A model generated the notes under the pieces. It made no database searches and had not been told where the DNA came from. It saw only the letters and a list, made by a program, of their open reading frames with translations. DNA of 32,000 bases from Candidatus Saccharimonadota bacterium (lineage in GTDB: Bacteria; Pseudomonadota; Gammaproteobacteria; Enterobacterales; Enterobacteriaceae), in NCBI RefSeq assembly GCF_000185985.2, contig NC_014909.2, forward strand, positions 540,001 to 572,000, in the 5' to 3' direction. Positions within the stretch are counted from its first letter, which is position 1. Each line of letters starts with the position of its first letter. The position numbers and the translations under genes were made by a program. This document shows, in pieces, positions 1 through 10,793 of the stretch.

Positions 1-309
1 ATAATATTATTATTTTATAATTCACAAAATACAATAAATAATTATTGATTCTATAATGCTATCAACCAAAAATTTAATTAAATAATGATACAATTTATTT
101 AATTAAATTTATTACAATTTTTATATAAATACTTGTTCTACACCTACTATAACAATAGTAAAAATTATTTTATATTTAAAAAGCAATAACATATGATTAA
201 ATAACTAAAAAAATTTAAACTACTTCCTCATCAATATAAAATTTTACTTGATTAAATTAACATTATTAATTATTTATTAATATATAACTAAATAAGGAAA
301 TATATCAGT

Positions 310-2601
310 ATGAATCAAACTTTACTAGTTACTAAACGAGATGGACATCATGAGCCTATTAATTTAGAAAAAATTCATCGCGTAATTAATTGGGCAGCTC
401 AAGGTTTAGAAAAAATTTCAGTTTCACAAGTTGAATTACGTTCTCATATACAATTTTACAATGGAATAAAAACTTCTGATATTCAAGAAACTATTATCAA
501 AGCAGCTGCAGATTTAATCTCTAAAGAAGAACCAGATTATCAATATTTAGCAGCGCGTTTATCAGTATTTCACCTACGTAAAAAAGCATATGGACAATTT
601 GAACCACCTAAACTTTATGATCACGTATTACGACTTGTAAAAATTGGCAAATACGACAAACATTTACTAAACGATTATACTCATAACGAATTTGAACAAA
701 TGGATACATTTATCGATCATTGGAGAGATATGAATTTTTCATATGCTGCAATTAAACAACTAGAAGGAAAATATTTAGTTCAAAATCGAGTAACTGGAGA
801 AATTTACGAAAGTGCTCAATTCTTATATATATTAACCGCAGCATGTTTATTTGCTAAATATCCTAAAAATACTAGAATGGACTATATAAAAAAATTTTAT
901 AATGCAATATCAACATTTAAAATTTCTTTAGCAACTCCCATTATGTCTGGAGTACGTACTCCAACACGACAATTTAGTTCTTGTGTATTGATTGAATGCG
1001 ATGACAGTCTTGACTCTATTAATGCTACATCTAGTGCCATTGTAAAATATGTTGCACAACGTGCAGGGATCGGTATTAACGCTGGGCGAATTAGAGCAAT
1101 AGGTAGTCCGATACGAAATGGAGAAGCATTTCATACAGGATGTATCCCTTTTTATAAACATTTTCAAACAGCTGTTAAATCATGTTCTCAAGGAGGAGTA
1201 AGAGGTGGAGCAGCCACTTTATTTTACCCTATCTGGCATTTAGAGATTGAAAACCTATTAGTTCTAAAAAATAATAGAGGGGTAGAATCTAATAGAATAC
1301 GACATTTAGATTATGGAGTTCAAATTAATAAATTAATGTATCAACGCCTTATAACAGGAAAACATATCACATTATTTAGTCCAGCTGATGTGCCAGATCT
1401 ATATGAATCTTTTTTTTCCGATCAAAATTTATTTGATTATTTATATCACAAATACGAAAATGATCATAAAATCCGACAATTAAAAATTAAAGCAATAGAA
1501 TTATTTTCTTTAATGATGCAAGAACGCGCTTCTACCGGAAGAATTTATATTCAACATACAGACCATTGTAATACTCATAGTCCGTTTAATAGCGCTCTTG
1601 CTCCAATTCGTCAATCTAATTTATGCTTGGAAATAACATTGCCAACTAAACCATTAAATAATATTAATGATACGAATGGAGAAATAGCTCTATGCACATT
1701 ATCTGCTTTTAATCTCGGTAACCTCAACAATTTAGATGATTTATCTGAACTTTCCACTTTAATCGTACGTGCACTAGATGCCTTATTAGATTATCAAAGC
1801 TACCCTGTATTAGCTGCTCAATACAGCGCTAAAAATCGTCGATCTTTAGGAATAGGAGTAATCAATTATGCCTATTATTTAGCAAAACATGGAGTACGCT
1901 ACTCAGATGGCAGCGCAAATACACTAACTCACCACACATTTGAAGCTATTCAATATTATTTATTAAAAGCTTCTAATTTGTTAGCTAAAGAAAAAGGGGC
2001 ATGCGCATGGTTTGATGATACGTCATACGCACAAGGAATTTTACCTATTGACACATATAAAAAAGATCTAGATTATATAATTAGTGAGCCATTACGCTAT
2101 AATTGGGAAGAATTACGTAATCAAATTAAACAATATGGATTAAGAAATTCTACTGTGTCCGCGTTGATGCCATCAGAAACTTCTTCACAAATTTCTAACT
2201 CTACAAATGGCATTGAACCTCCAAGAGGCTATATTAGCATAAAGGCATCAAAAGATGGTATCTTACGTCAAGTAGTGCCAAATTGTGAAAAATTAGCATC
2301 TAATTACGAATTACTATGGAATATCCCAAATAATCAAGGTTACTTAGAATTAGTAGGTATTATGCAAAAATTTATCGATCAATCTATCTCAACTAACATG
2401 AATTATGATCCATCTTGTTTTCCAGAATCTAAAGTACCAATTAAACAATTATTATCCGATCTATTATATGCATATAAATTAGGTATTAAAACATTGTATT
2501 ATCACAATACTCGAGATGGATTTTCAGAAACACAAAAAAAAATAGAGTATAATAATAATCATCAACCAAATACCTGTGCAAGCGATGCTTGTATCATGTA
2601 A
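310..2601 (+). CDS. nrdA: Ribonucleoside-diphosphate reductase 1, alpha (large) subunit, class Ia
   Basis: The 763-aa ORF (E. coli NrdA is ~761 aa) has an ATG start with AAGGA about 12 nt upstream. It is colinear with NrdA, including the active-site SNLCLEI motif and the C-terminal redox Cys pair (CASDAC, near the end). nrdB follows directly. Confidence 0.97.
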   Translation: MNQTLLVTKRDGHHEPINLEKIHRVINWAAQGLEKISVSQVELRSHIQFYNGIKTSDIQETIIKAAADLISKEEPDYQYLAARLSVFHLRKKAYGQFEPPKLYDHVLRLVKIGKYDKHLLNDYTHNEFEQMDTFIDHWRDMNFSYAAIKQLEGKYLVQNRVTGEIYESAQFLYILTAACLFAKYPKNTRMDYIKKFYNAISTFKISLATPIMSGVRTPTRQFSSCVLIECDDSLDSINATSSAIVKYVAQRAGIGINAGRIRAIGSPIRNGEAFHTGCIPFYKHFQTAVKSCSQGGVRGGAATLFYPIWHLEIENLLVLKNNRGVESNRIRHLDYGVQINKLMYQRLITGKHITLFSPADVPDLYESFFSDQNLFDYLYHKYENDHKIRQLKIKAIELFSLMMQERASTGRIYIQHTDHCNTHSPFNSALAPIRQSNLCLEITLPTKPLNNINDTNGEIALCTLSAFNLGNLNNLDDLSELSTLIVRALDALLDYQSYPVLAAQYSAKNRRSLGIGVINYAYYLAKHGVRYSDGSANTLTHHTFEAIQYYLLKASNLLAKEKGACAWFDDTSYAQGILPIDTYKKDLDYIISEPLRYNWEELRNQIKQYGLRNSTVSALMPSETSSQISNSTNGIEPPRGYISIKASKDGILRQVVPNCEKLASNYELLWNIPNNQGYLELVGIMQKFIDQSISTNMNYDPSCFPESKVPIKQLLSDLLYAYKLGIKTLYYHNTRDGFSETQKKIEYNNNHQPNTCASDACIM

Positions 2602-2647
2602 AATACTTCTTATTTTATAACATTCAATACACAACAGACAGGATAGT

Positions 2648-3778
2648 ATGATGTACACAACTTTTTCTAGAAAAAAAAATAATCAACTCTTAGAGCCAAT
2701 GTTTTTAGGACAACCAGTGAATATTGTCCGATTCGACCAGCAAAAACATATCATTTTCGAAAAATTGATCGAAAAACAACTATCTTTTTTTTGGAGACCA
2801 GAAGAAATAGATATTTCTAAAGACCGAATAGACTACCAATCTCTTCCTGATCATGAAAAACATATTTTTATTAGTAACTTAAAATACCAAACATTACTAG
2901 ATTCTATACAAGGCAGAAGTCCAAATATCGCTTTATTACCTTTAATTTCTATTCCTGAATTAGAAACTTGGGTAGAAACTTGGTCATTTTTTGAAACTAT
3001 TCATTCTCGTTCTTATACCCATATTATTCGTAATATTGTAACTCATCCATCTTCAGTGTTTGATGATATTGTAACCAACAAAGAAATTTTAAAACGAGCA
3101 AAAGACATCTCAATATATTATGATGATCTAATTAAATTAACTAATTACTATCATATTTTAGGACCAGGAATACATACAATAAACAAAAATATTGTTGCCG
3201 TAAACTTGCATGAATTAAAGAAAAAATTATATTTATGTTTGATTAGTATTAACGTGTTAGAAGCTATTCGGTTTTATGTAAGTTTTGCTTGCTCTTTTGC
3301 ATTTGCAGAACGCAAACTAATGGAAGGTAATGCTAAGATTATACGTTTTATCGCTCGAGATGAATCTTTACATCTTAGCGCAACTCAGCATATACTGAAC
3401 TTAATGCAATCTGGAGCAGATGATCCAGAAATGGCTGAAATTAGCCTCATGTATCAGTCAGAAAGTTATAATTTATTTTTAATGGCCGCAGAACAAGAAA
3501 AAATGTGGGCTCATTATTTATTTAAAGATGGATCCATGATAGGATTAAATAAAGAGATATTATGTCAATATATTGAATATATCACAAATATACGTATGCA
3601 AGCAATTGGATTGAAAGCCCCTTTTCATATTAAGGCTAATGTAATACCCTGGATTAATTCATGGTTGGTATCAGATAACGTTCAAGTTGCGCCTCAAGAA
3701 GTAGAATCAAGTTCTTATTTGGTAGGTCAAATCAATACTCAAATTAATGATGATGAATTTAATAATTTTCAATTATAA
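2648..3778 (+). CDS. nrdB: Ribonucleoside-diphosphate reductase 1, beta (small, diferric-tyrosyl radical) subunit
   Basis: The 376-aa ORF matches the length of E. coli NrdB. It is near-identical over long stretches ([64 protein letters not shown]). ATG start 46 nt after the nrdA stop. Confidence 0.97.
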   Translation: MMYTTFSRKKNNQLLEPMFLGQPVNIVRFDQQKHIIFEKLIEKQLSFFWRPEEIDISKDRIDYQSLPDHEKHIFISNLKYQTLLDSIQGRSPNIALLPLISIPELETWVETWSFFETIHSRSYTHIIRNIVTHPSSVFDDIVTNKEILKRAKDISIYYDDLIKLTNYYHILGPGIHTINKNIVAVNLHELKKKLYLCLISINVLEAIRFYVSFACSFAFAERKLMEGNAKIIRFIARDESLHLSATQHILNLMQSGADDPEMAEISLMYQSESYNLFLMAAEQEKMWAHYLFKDGSMIGLNKEILCQYIEYITNIRMQAIGLKAPFHIKANVIPWINSWLVSDNVQVAPQEVESSSYLVGQINTQINDDEFNNFQL

Positions 3779-4043
3779 AATTATTATTATAAATGCACAC
3801 ATATCTCATAACATACACTTCATCTATAATAATATTAGATTTCAATCTTTATTAGAAGCATTAGAATATCACAAAATACCTACAAATTATCAATGCAGAT
3901 CTGGGTATTGTGGAAGCTGTCGGGTTAATTTAATACAAGGACAAATCAAATATCACTCTCAACCTTTAGCGTCTAGTTTTTCCTCTAAAGAAATCTTTAT
4001 TTGTTCTTGCTTCCCTGAGCAAGATATCATCATAAAAATATAA
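3747..4043 (+). CDS. yfaE: 2Fe-2S ferredoxin YfaE (maintenance of the NrdB cofactor)
   Basis: The core [13 protein letters not shown]...ICSC matches E. coli YfaE (YQCREGYCGSCRT...CCC), and the position directly after nrdB is conserved. The only ATG/GTG/TTG starts in frame are a triple ATG at 3747-3755, inside the last 32 nt of nrdB. That gives an Ile/Asn-rich N-terminus roughly 10-13 aa longer than E. coli YfaE, so the start is less certain than the gene identity. Confidence 0.8.
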   Translation: MMMNLIIFNYKIIIINAHISHNIHFIYNNIRFQSLLEALEYHKIPTNYQCRSGYCGSCRVNLIQGQIKYHSQPLASSFSSKEIFICSCFPEQDIIIKI

Positions 4044-4062
4044 TGTTTATCGAAAATAAACA
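4044..4062. terminator. Weak AT-rich hairpin between convergent yfaE and nuoN (candidate bidirectional terminator)
   Basis: TGTTTAT-cgaaa-ATAAACA forms a 7-bp stem and 5-nt loop starting right after the yfaE stop. Read on the minus strand it is followed by a T-rich run (TTATATTTTTAT). It has only one G:C pair, so it is thermodynamically weak. Confidence 0.2.
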
Positions 4063-4199
4063 AATACCACGCAAATTACTGATTCATTTCATATTATAAC
4101 TTGTTTTAAAAATATAAAATTCTATTTTTTATAAATAATATAAAAAATTTATTTATTATTCCTCAAAATAACTAATGTATATTACTATTTATGACAGAA

Positions 4200-5723
4200 T
4201 TACATTGACTGAATTAAACAAATTATAGATTGAGGATATAAACCACAATACAAGATAATAATCACCATGATTATTATCATCCACCCTTCTATTTTATAGA
4301 TCCAATTAGAAAGAAAATTAAAATCAATAGCAATATTACTTCTCTTCATAGAATAATCACGGAATAAATTAGCCATAATTTTTAAATAAAAACACATACT
4401 AATAATACTACTAATTATTATAAAAGTAGTAAGTATCCATAATTTACTACTTACTCCTAATAATAATAAGTAAAATTTACCAATAAAACCAAAAGTTAAA
4501 GGAATCCCTGCCAATGATAATATTATTATTGTAAACATTACTGATAATACAGGTGACTTCCAAAATAAACCATCATATAAATAAATTAAATCTGAGTCTT
4601 TATTATCCTTTTCTACGCACGAGCCTGATACCATATTAATTATTCCGAATACTCCTATATTAGCGATTAAATAACTTATAAGATACACATGAATAGCTTC
4701 TTGAGCTATCACAGTATTAATATATAATGTACTTAACATTGCTAACAAATACCCTGAATTAGTTATTGAAGCATAGGCTAAAATACGCTTAATACTCCTT
4801 TGTTGTATAGCCATAATACTACCAAACAACATAGACAAACATGCTGAACTTAACAAAAAAATATAAAGTATTTCATTATATTGATCTGGTAAGATTAAAA
4901 AAAATCGGATTAATGCAGAAACTACAGCAACTTTACTACCAGTAGCTAAATACATAGATACCGAAGAAGATGCTCCTTGATATACATCAGGAACCCATAC
5001 ATGAAATGGAACGAAAGATAATTTAAAACCAATCCCTACCATCATCATTGATAATCCTATAACTATCAATAACATCGGAGATAGCTGATAACATGTAATT
5101 TTAGTATTACTATAAGTTAACATTAATTCTTTAATCTCAATAAAAGATAAAGACCCAGATCCACAATATATAAAAGCTATCCCAAATAATAAAAAAGATG
5201 ATGAAACTCCAGATAATATAATATATTTAATACCTGATTCTATAGATCGTTTCTGAAAAACAGAATAACTAATCAACCCACACATAGGAATAGAAACTAA
5301 TTCAATTCCTAAAAATAATATTACTAAATGATTTGTAATAGTTAACAATACCCCCCCCATAGTAGACAATAATAGTAATAAATAAAACTCATCTCTTCGA
5401 TCATTTGGATAAGATAATAACCATGAATATCCTGATATAACGCTAGCTAAGCTTGAAAATACCACTAATACTGTATGCAATATAGAAAAATTATCAACAT
5501 AAACCAACTGAAAAATATTTGAATTTTCTTGAATGTTATTTTTGGTCGATACCATCATATTGAAAGATAACACTACTGATACAATCAATCCAACTACTGT
5601 TACTATAGCATGCTTCAAATTTCCTCTATTCCATGCTATGGATAACATAATAACAATAATTGTTATACCTATAATCAATATAGGTAATAAAATTACCATA
5701 TTATCCCAACAATTTTTTATCAT
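4200..5723 (-). CDS. nuoN: NADH-quinone oxidoreductase subunit N
   Basis: The 507-aa polytopic membrane ORF has an ATG start. It is colinear with E. coli NuoN (LLPLLI...MLSIAW N-terminus, FKLS.VPFH.W.PDVYQGA, SLAGIP.T.GFIGKFY). It is the last gene of the nuo run. Confidence 0.95.
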   Translation of the reverse strand: MIKNCWDNMVILLPILIIGITIIVIMLSIAWNRGNLKHAIVTVVGLIVSVVLSFNMMVSTKNNIQENSNIFQLVYVDNFSILHTVLVVFSSLASVISGYSWLLSYPNDRRDEFYLLLLLSTMGGVLLTITNHLVILFLGIELVSIPMCGLISYSVFQKRSIESGIKYIILSGVSSSFLLFGIAFIYCGSGSLSFIEIKELMLTYSNTKITCYQLSPMLLIVIGLSMMMVGIGFKLSFVPFHVWVPDVYQGASSSVSMYLATGSKVAVVSALIRFFLILPDQYNEILYIFLLSSACLSMLFGSIMAIQQRSIKRILAYASITNSGYLLAMLSTLYINTVIAQEAIHVYLISYLIANIGVFGIINMVSGSCVEKDNKDSDLIYLYDGLFWKSPVLSVMFTIIILSLAGIPLTFGFIGKFYLLLLGVSSKLWILTTFIIISSIISMCFYLKIMANLFRDYSMKRSNIAIDFNFLSNWIYKIEGWMIIIMVIIILYCGLYPQSIICLIQSM

Positions 5724-5772
5724 AATAAAAATTACTATCCTTATTTTTTATAAAATTCAAATGTAACAATTA

Positions 5773-7329
5773 TCACGTACGGTCATATTTTTGCAATCGC
5801 ATATATATATACTGCGTAGTTTTATATGAAGTATCTAAAATAAATTGAGGAAATAATCCAATTAAAAAAATACACATAAGTAATACTATGCTGATCAATT
5901 TTTCACGAAATCCTATATTCACAGAAAACCCACGTATTTTTGATGGAAAACCATAATATACTTTTTGCATTAAAATCAAAGAATAAATAGATGAAAATAA
6001 TATACTAACTAAAGCAGCTATTATCGCAATAAACGGAGCAGTCTGAAAAATTCCAAACAAAATTATTGCCTCCCCAACAAAATTTCCAGTTCCGGGAATA
6101 CCTAACATCGCAACTACAAAACATAAAGAAAAAACAGGAATAAAATTTATATTATTCCATAAACCACCAATTTCAGTAATATTGCGAGTATTAAATCGTT
6201 CATACAGTTGTCCAGATATCATAAACATTCCAGCAGCAGATACACTACATGAAATCATGTGTATAATAGCTCCTTGATAAGACAAATGATTATTGCTATA
6301 AATTGCAATTAATATTAATCCCATATGAGATATATTTGCATATGCAATTATTTTCTTAATATCAGTTTGAGCGCAAGCCATCCAAGACCCATAACAAATA
6401 TTTAATAATCCTAAAAGCATCGCAACCAAAGAAAAATCTTGAGCAGCACAAGGACAAAATGGTAAAACAAACCTAAAAAAACCATAAATCGATGTTTTCA
6501 ATAAAATACCCACTAAATCTACTGATCCCATTATAGGAGAAAAACTATGAACTTCTGGTAACCAAGAATGAAAAGGGACAATTGGCATTTTTATTGCAAA
6601 GGATAAAAAAAAACCCAACATAAAACAATATTCGATATTTCTTGGCAATTTGACTTGTAATAAAGTATCGTAATCAAATGACCAAAATCCATTCATTTGA
6701 TAATTAAAATAGGAAATTATTACAATAGATACTAACATACATAAGCCACTAAATTGAGCATAAATAAAAAATTTAGTAGCAGAAATAACTCGTAGGTTTT
6801 TACTTTTAAACTCAATATACCCCCACTCAGAAATTAGAAAATACATCGGAATTAATGTAATTTCCCAGAAAAAAAAGAATAAAAACATATCTATTGATAA
6901 AACAGCTCCAATTCCACTACCTAAAAGACACAATAAATTTAAGTAAAATAAACCTTGCGAGCGCTGATGACAATCTACATTACTATTCCAAGCCCCTAAT
7001 ACAGCTACAAACCCTAAAATTCCAGATAACATTAGCATTAACAACGATAACCCATCTAATGCTAAATGAAAATTAATCCCAAATCTTGGAATCCAATCTG
7101 CTATATATTCTAACTGCCATAAAGAAGTAGGCTGATTCATTATTACAAACTTACTGAAAAGCAAATTAAAACACTCTATTTGACATAACCATAATATTGA
7201 ACTAATTAGTAATACTATACTTACTCCTAATAAAGCGACCCATCTAGGAGCAAACACACTAATCTGTTCTAATTGCCAAGATAATAAACCGAAAATAAAC
7301 GGAATTAATACTATAGTTAATAATAACAT
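5773..7329 (-). CDS. nuoM: NADH-quinone oxidoreductase subunit M
   Basis: The 518-aa ORF has an ATG start immediately after an in-frame stop and ends in TGA. Motifs match NuoM: DGLSLLM, DMFLFFFFWE, ATKFFIY, GSVDL.GILLKT, QTDIKK.IAY. Confidence 0.95.
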   Translation of the reverse strand: MLLLTIVLIPFIFGLLSWQLEQISVFAPRWVALLGVSIVLLISSILWLCQIECFNLLFSKFVIMNQPTSLWQLEYIADWIPRFGINFHLALDGLSLLMLMLSGILGFVAVLGAWNSNVDCHQRSQGLFYLNLLCLLGSGIGAVLSIDMFLFFFFWEITLIPMYFLISEWGYIEFKSKNLRVISATKFFIYAQFSGLCMLVSIVIISYFNYQMNGFWSFDYDTLLQVKLPRNIEYCFMLGFFLSFAIKMPIVPFHSWLPEVHSFSPIMGSVDLVGILLKTSIYGFFRFVLPFCPCAAQDFSLVAMLLGLLNICYGSWMACAQTDIKKIIAYANISHMGLILIAIYSNNHLSYQGAIIHMISCSVSAAGMFMISGQLYERFNTRNITEIGGLWNNINFIPVFSLCFVVAMLGIPGTGNFVGEAIILFGIFQTAPFIAIIAALVSILFSSIYSLILMQKVYYGFPSKIRGFSVNIGFREKLISIVLLMCIFLIGLFPQFILDTSYKTTQYIYMRLQKYDRT

Positions 7330-7406
7330 TATATTTTATCAATCCCCTCTCCTGTAAATATATATAAATTGTATAATTAATATCTATTATTATACTTCTA
7401 TATATG

Positions 7407-9296
7407 TCACATATTTAAATTCATTAAAAGCACAAGCAATGAAATTATTGCTCCAACATTCATTAATAATATATACCAATGTATTTTTCTACTTTCAATA
7501 TATATTAAGCATCGACCTAACCAATCACAAAAAGATGCACACATATTTATTCCCATTCCAATAAAATCATCATAATAAAATAATTTATTTACTATATAAG
7601 CATACGGCCTTACAAATATTCTTTTATATAACCAATCTATCCCCCATCCATAATGACACAATAAAACTAAATACCGTGTTATCAGTTCTGATGATAATTG
7701 ACCTTTAAATATAACCATATTCCATGTTCTATACATATCATTATTAAACCAAAATACATATGCTATCCACATCCCTAAAAATACTAAAATTTCAGAAGTC
7801 ATAAGAAAATATATTTTTTCATTATCAAACATATAAAAATCATTATTATCGATACTACCTAATAAAAATAATGGTATTTTTATTCCTACAACTGTAGATA
7901 AAATTAATAAAATAACTAAAGGCAAATACTGACTGATCTCGAAACTAACCTTAGGATTAATCAACTGTTTTCCATGAAAAATTATAAAAATCATACGAAA
8001 AATATAGATAGGAGTTAAAAAAACTCCTATCATTCCTAAAATTAAAAAAAAATAATTATGATTATCAAATATATTTAATAAAATTATTTTTTTAGAAAAA
8101 AAACCAGAAGTTAACATAGGGAATCCAGATAACGAAGCTCCTCCTACTAAAAAACAAATATAAAGGAAAGGCATTGATTGAAATAACCCCCCCATTTTAA
8201 AAATATTCTGCTCATCTTTACATGCTCGTATTAACGACCCTGCTGATAAAAATAATAAAGCTTTAAAAAAAGCATGAGTTGTTAAATGATAAAACGCTCC
8301 ATCCCAATTTTTTTCTCCTAACGCTAAAAACATATATCCTATTTGACTTATAGTAGAATAAGCTAAAATTTTTTTAATATTACTCTGAAACAACGCAGAA
8401 CAACTAGCTATAACTAAAGTAATTGCTCCTACTAGACTCACCGCCCACAAAATATATGAATTAACTAAAAAAAAATCATTTAAACGATAAATTAAATATA
8501 CTCCAGCGGTCACCATAGTAGCAGAATGAATTAAAGCAGATACTGGAGTGGGGCCAACCATAGCACTCACTAACCACGTTTGTAAAGGAAATTGAGCTGA
8601 CTTAGTTACAGTTCCTATTACAAAAAAAACAGAAACCCAAGAAGATAAGGTAGTTGATAAACATTGTGGAGACAATTTCAGTAATTTATCTAAACTTAAT
8701 GTATGATATTGATCATACAGCATAAATAACGCACACATTATACATATATCTCCAAATCGAGTAACAATAAATGCCTTTAATGCTTTATATCCATTTCCAG
8801 GATTTAAATAATAAAAACCTATTAATAAATAACTACACAAACCTACTCCTTCCCATCCAAAATACATTAATAATAAATTATCCGAAAGTATTAACAGAAT
8901 CATATTAAATATAAATAAATTAATATAAATAAAATAACGAGAATATCCTTCTAGACCCCGCATATACCCAACAGAATATATTGAGATTATAAAACCAACT
9001 CCAGTAATTATAGATAGCATTAACAAAGACAAACGATCTAATCGAAATGCTATTTTCATATTCATATTATCTATTTTAAACCATGAACATAACTCCCGAA
9101 CAATCATAAAATCAGCAGCATTATCATAAAAATGATAATAAAAATTAAATATTAAAAACACAGTAACACATGCCGATATTCCGATCCCACCCCCTCCTAT
9201 TATAGCAATAATATTCTGTCCAAATTTTCTTTGAAATGCTACTAATATAAAAAAACTTAATAATGGGAATAACATGGTTAAAATAAATACATTCAT
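7407..9296 (-). CDS. nuoL: NADH-quinone oxidoreductase subunit L
   Basis: The 629-aa ORF has an ATG start and an antiporter-like fold with NuoL motifs (GWEGVGLCSYLLIGF, SA.FP...WL..AM.GPTPVSALIHSATMVTAGVY, KK.LAYSTISQ.GYM). It sits between nuoK and nuoM. Confidence 0.95.
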   Translation of the reverse strand: MNVFILTMLFPLLSFFILVAFQRKFGQNIIAIIGGGGIGISACVTVFLIFNFYYHFYDNAADFMIVRELCSWFKIDNMNMKIAFRLDRLSLLMLSIITGVGFIISIYSVGYMRGLEGYSRYFIYINLFIFNMILLILSDNLLLMYFGWEGVGLCSYLLIGFYYLNPGNGYKALKAFIVTRFGDICIMCALFMLYDQYHTLSLDKLLKLSPQCLSTTLSSWVSVFFVIGTVTKSAQFPLQTWLVSAMVGPTPVSALIHSATMVTAGVYLIYRLNDFFLVNSYILWAVSLVGAITLVIASCSALFQSNIKKILAYSTISQIGYMFLALGEKNWDGAFYHLTTHAFFKALLFLSAGSLIRACKDEQNIFKMGGLFQSMPFLYICFLVGGASLSGFPMLTSGFFSKKIILLNIFDNHNYFFLILGMIGVFLTPIYIFRMIFIIFHGKQLINPKVSFEISQYLPLVILLILSTVVGIKIPLFLLGSIDNNDFYMFDNEKIYFLMTSEILVFLGMWIAYVFWFNNDMYRTWNMVIFKGQLSSELITRYLVLLCHYGWGIDWLYKRIFVRPYAYIVNKLFYYDDFIGMGINMCASFCDWLGRCLIYIESRKIHWYILLMNVGAIISLLVLLMNLNM

Positions 9297-9312
9297 TTAC
9301 ATATCTCAATTT

Positions 9313-9603
9313 TTAAATTATCTCATCAGTATTTAATGTCCCATAACGCCGATATAAATGTAATAACAACGCTAATGACACTGCTGACTCAGAAGCAGCC
9401 ACAGTAATAATTAACATATACATAATTTGACCATACTCTTGACCTAAATACGTGCCTACTACTACAAACGCTAAAGCTGCAGAATTAATAACAATTTCTA
9501 ATCCTAATAACATGAAAAAAAAATTCTTCTTGATTATCACTCCCAATAATCCTAATACAAATAAAATAATAGATAAAGATAATCCATGTGATAAAGGAAT
9601 CAT
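9313..9603 (-). CDS. nuoK: NADH-quinone oxidoreductase subunit K
   Basis: The 96-aa ORF begins MIPLSHGL...ILFVLGL.G, close to E. coli NuoK (MIPLQHGL...). Its ATG directly abuts the nuoJ TAA stop (9604-9606). Confidence 0.95.
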   Translation of the reverse strand: MIPLSHGLSLSIILFVLGLLGVIIKKNFFFMLLGLEIVINSAALAFVVVGTYLGQEYGQIMYMLIITVAASESAVSLALLLHLYRRYGTLNTDEII

Positions 9604-10173
9604 TTACTTATTTTTCTTATTATTATTAATAAAAACAACATTATCAAAACAAGTTTTACTTTCTTGAGCTATATGTAATACAGAAATTAATGCCCCCAAT
9701 AACAACAACGACGCTATTTCTACAACTAAAATATACTCTCCATTTCCTCCAAATAAAGTAATACCAATCTGTTTAACAGATATTGCTCCATTTTTTATAT
9801 TAATAAAACAATTGTCTATTCTACCAATAGAATATAATAAAACAAATAATAAACTACTCATGAAAAGTGATACACCTAAATTAAATTTCTTCAATAAAAA
9901 TGACTCACCTGTTTTATTATCAAAATTTATAGTAACACTATCTATATCAAGCATCATTATTACAAACAAAAAAAGAACCATAATTGCACCAGCATAAACA
10001 ATAACTTCTATAGCTCCAACAAAAGAAGCTTTTAAAGAAAATAAATTCAATGATACAGATAACAACGAAAGAACTAAATATAATAATGAATGCACTGTAT
10101 TATTATTAAAAATCACACAAATAGTCGCCAATATTGATACACACCCAGATATATAAAACAAAACAACCATCAT
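9604..10173 (-). CDS. nuoJ: NADH-quinone oxidoreductase subunit J
   Basis: The 189-aa ORF has a double ATG start. Matches to NuoJ include NPVHSLLYL, GA.E.IVYAGAIMVLF.FV.MML and ELAS.LLL. Confidence 0.93.
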   Translation of the reverse strand: MMVVLFYISGCVSILATICVIFNNNTVHSLLYLVLSLLSVSLNLFSLKASFVGAIEVIVYAGAIMVLFLFVIMMLDIDSVTINFDNKTGESFLLKKFNLGVSLFMSSLLFVLLYSIGRIDNCFINIKNGAISVKQIGITLFGGNGEYILVVEIASLLLLGALISVLHIAQESKTCFDNVVFINNNKKNK

Positions 10174-10217
10174 ATTTTAATTATCTCCTTATTATAATAA
10201 TGATATTTAATTAAAAA

Positions 10218-10763
10218 TTAGGGTAATATAGTTTTAACGTTTATAGGTTTATCTTCATTTTGAGCTTCTCCTTTATTTTTATTATCACATGTCACTCCAG
10301 AAATGTGATAGAAATCATATTCTAATTGTTTTCCTTGACCCGATACTAATAAATCAGATTTCTCATATACTAAATCACCTCTTTTAAAATCACTCATTTC
10401 AAAATCTGAAATCAACTGAATAGCTGCTGTTGGACAAGCTTCCTCGCACATACCACAAAAAATACATCTAGAAAAATTAATTCTAAAAAAATCAGGATAC
10501 CACCGACCGTCAATAGTTTCTGATTTTTTCAAAGAAATACACCCCACAGGACAAGACACCGCACATAAATTACACGCTACACAACGCTCATTACCTAATT
10601 TATCTCTAGTCAAAATAATACGACCACGATATCTAGATGATACTTTACACGTAATATCAGGATACATCTGTGTTTCTCGTTGATTAAATGCTTGCCTACC
10701 AACCATCCATATACTACGTAAAATAGAAAAGATATGTATAAAAAACTGTTTTAGTTTTATCAT
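10218..10763 (-). CDS. nuoI: NADH-quinone oxidoreductase subunit I (2x[4Fe-4S] ferredoxin-type)
   Basis: Two Cys clusters are present, [12 protein letters not shown] and [12 protein letters not shown], and the C-terminus ([17 protein letters not shown]) matches E. coli NuoI. The ORF track starts at 10781, but that codon is TTG. The ATG at 10763 gives 181 aa (E. coli 180 aa) and aligns with the E. coli N-terminus, so I prefer it. Confidence 0.93.
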   Translation of the reverse strand: MIKLKQFFIHIFSILRSIWMVGRQAFNQRETQMYPDITCKVSSRYRGRIILTRDKLGNERCVACNLCAVSCPVGCISLKKSETIDGRWYPDFFRINFSRCIFCGMCEEACPTAAIQLISDFEMSDFKRGDLVYEKSDLLVSGQGKQLEYDFYHISGVTCDNKNKGEAQNEDKPINVKTILP

Positions 10764-10793
10764 AATTAATATATTGCCCAATACAAAAACTAC

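Noticed and set aside
72-108. Two copies of the 12-bp perfect palindrome ATTTAATTAAAT (72-83 and 97-108) spaced 25 bp apart upstream of nrdA
   Set aside because: The sequence is pure A/T in a spacer that is almost entirely A/T. A rough estimate puts the chance occurrence of such a 12-mer repeat within a few hundred bp at order one, so it is not evidence of a binding site by itself.
928-1167. 79-aa ORF antisense to nrdA
   Set aside because: It lies entirely inside and opposite a strongly supported, highly conserved CDS. The Cys/Ser/Thr-rich product shows no recognisable motif. It is a typical shadow ORF.
5533-9997. Four + strand ORFs (5533-5766, 6894-7076, 9452-9667, 9812-9997) antisense to nuoN/M/K/J
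   Set aside because: All are 60-77 aa and low-complexity (Ile/Asn/Lys/Thr-rich). They fully overlap well-supported nuo genes on the opposite strand and have no SD or homology signal.
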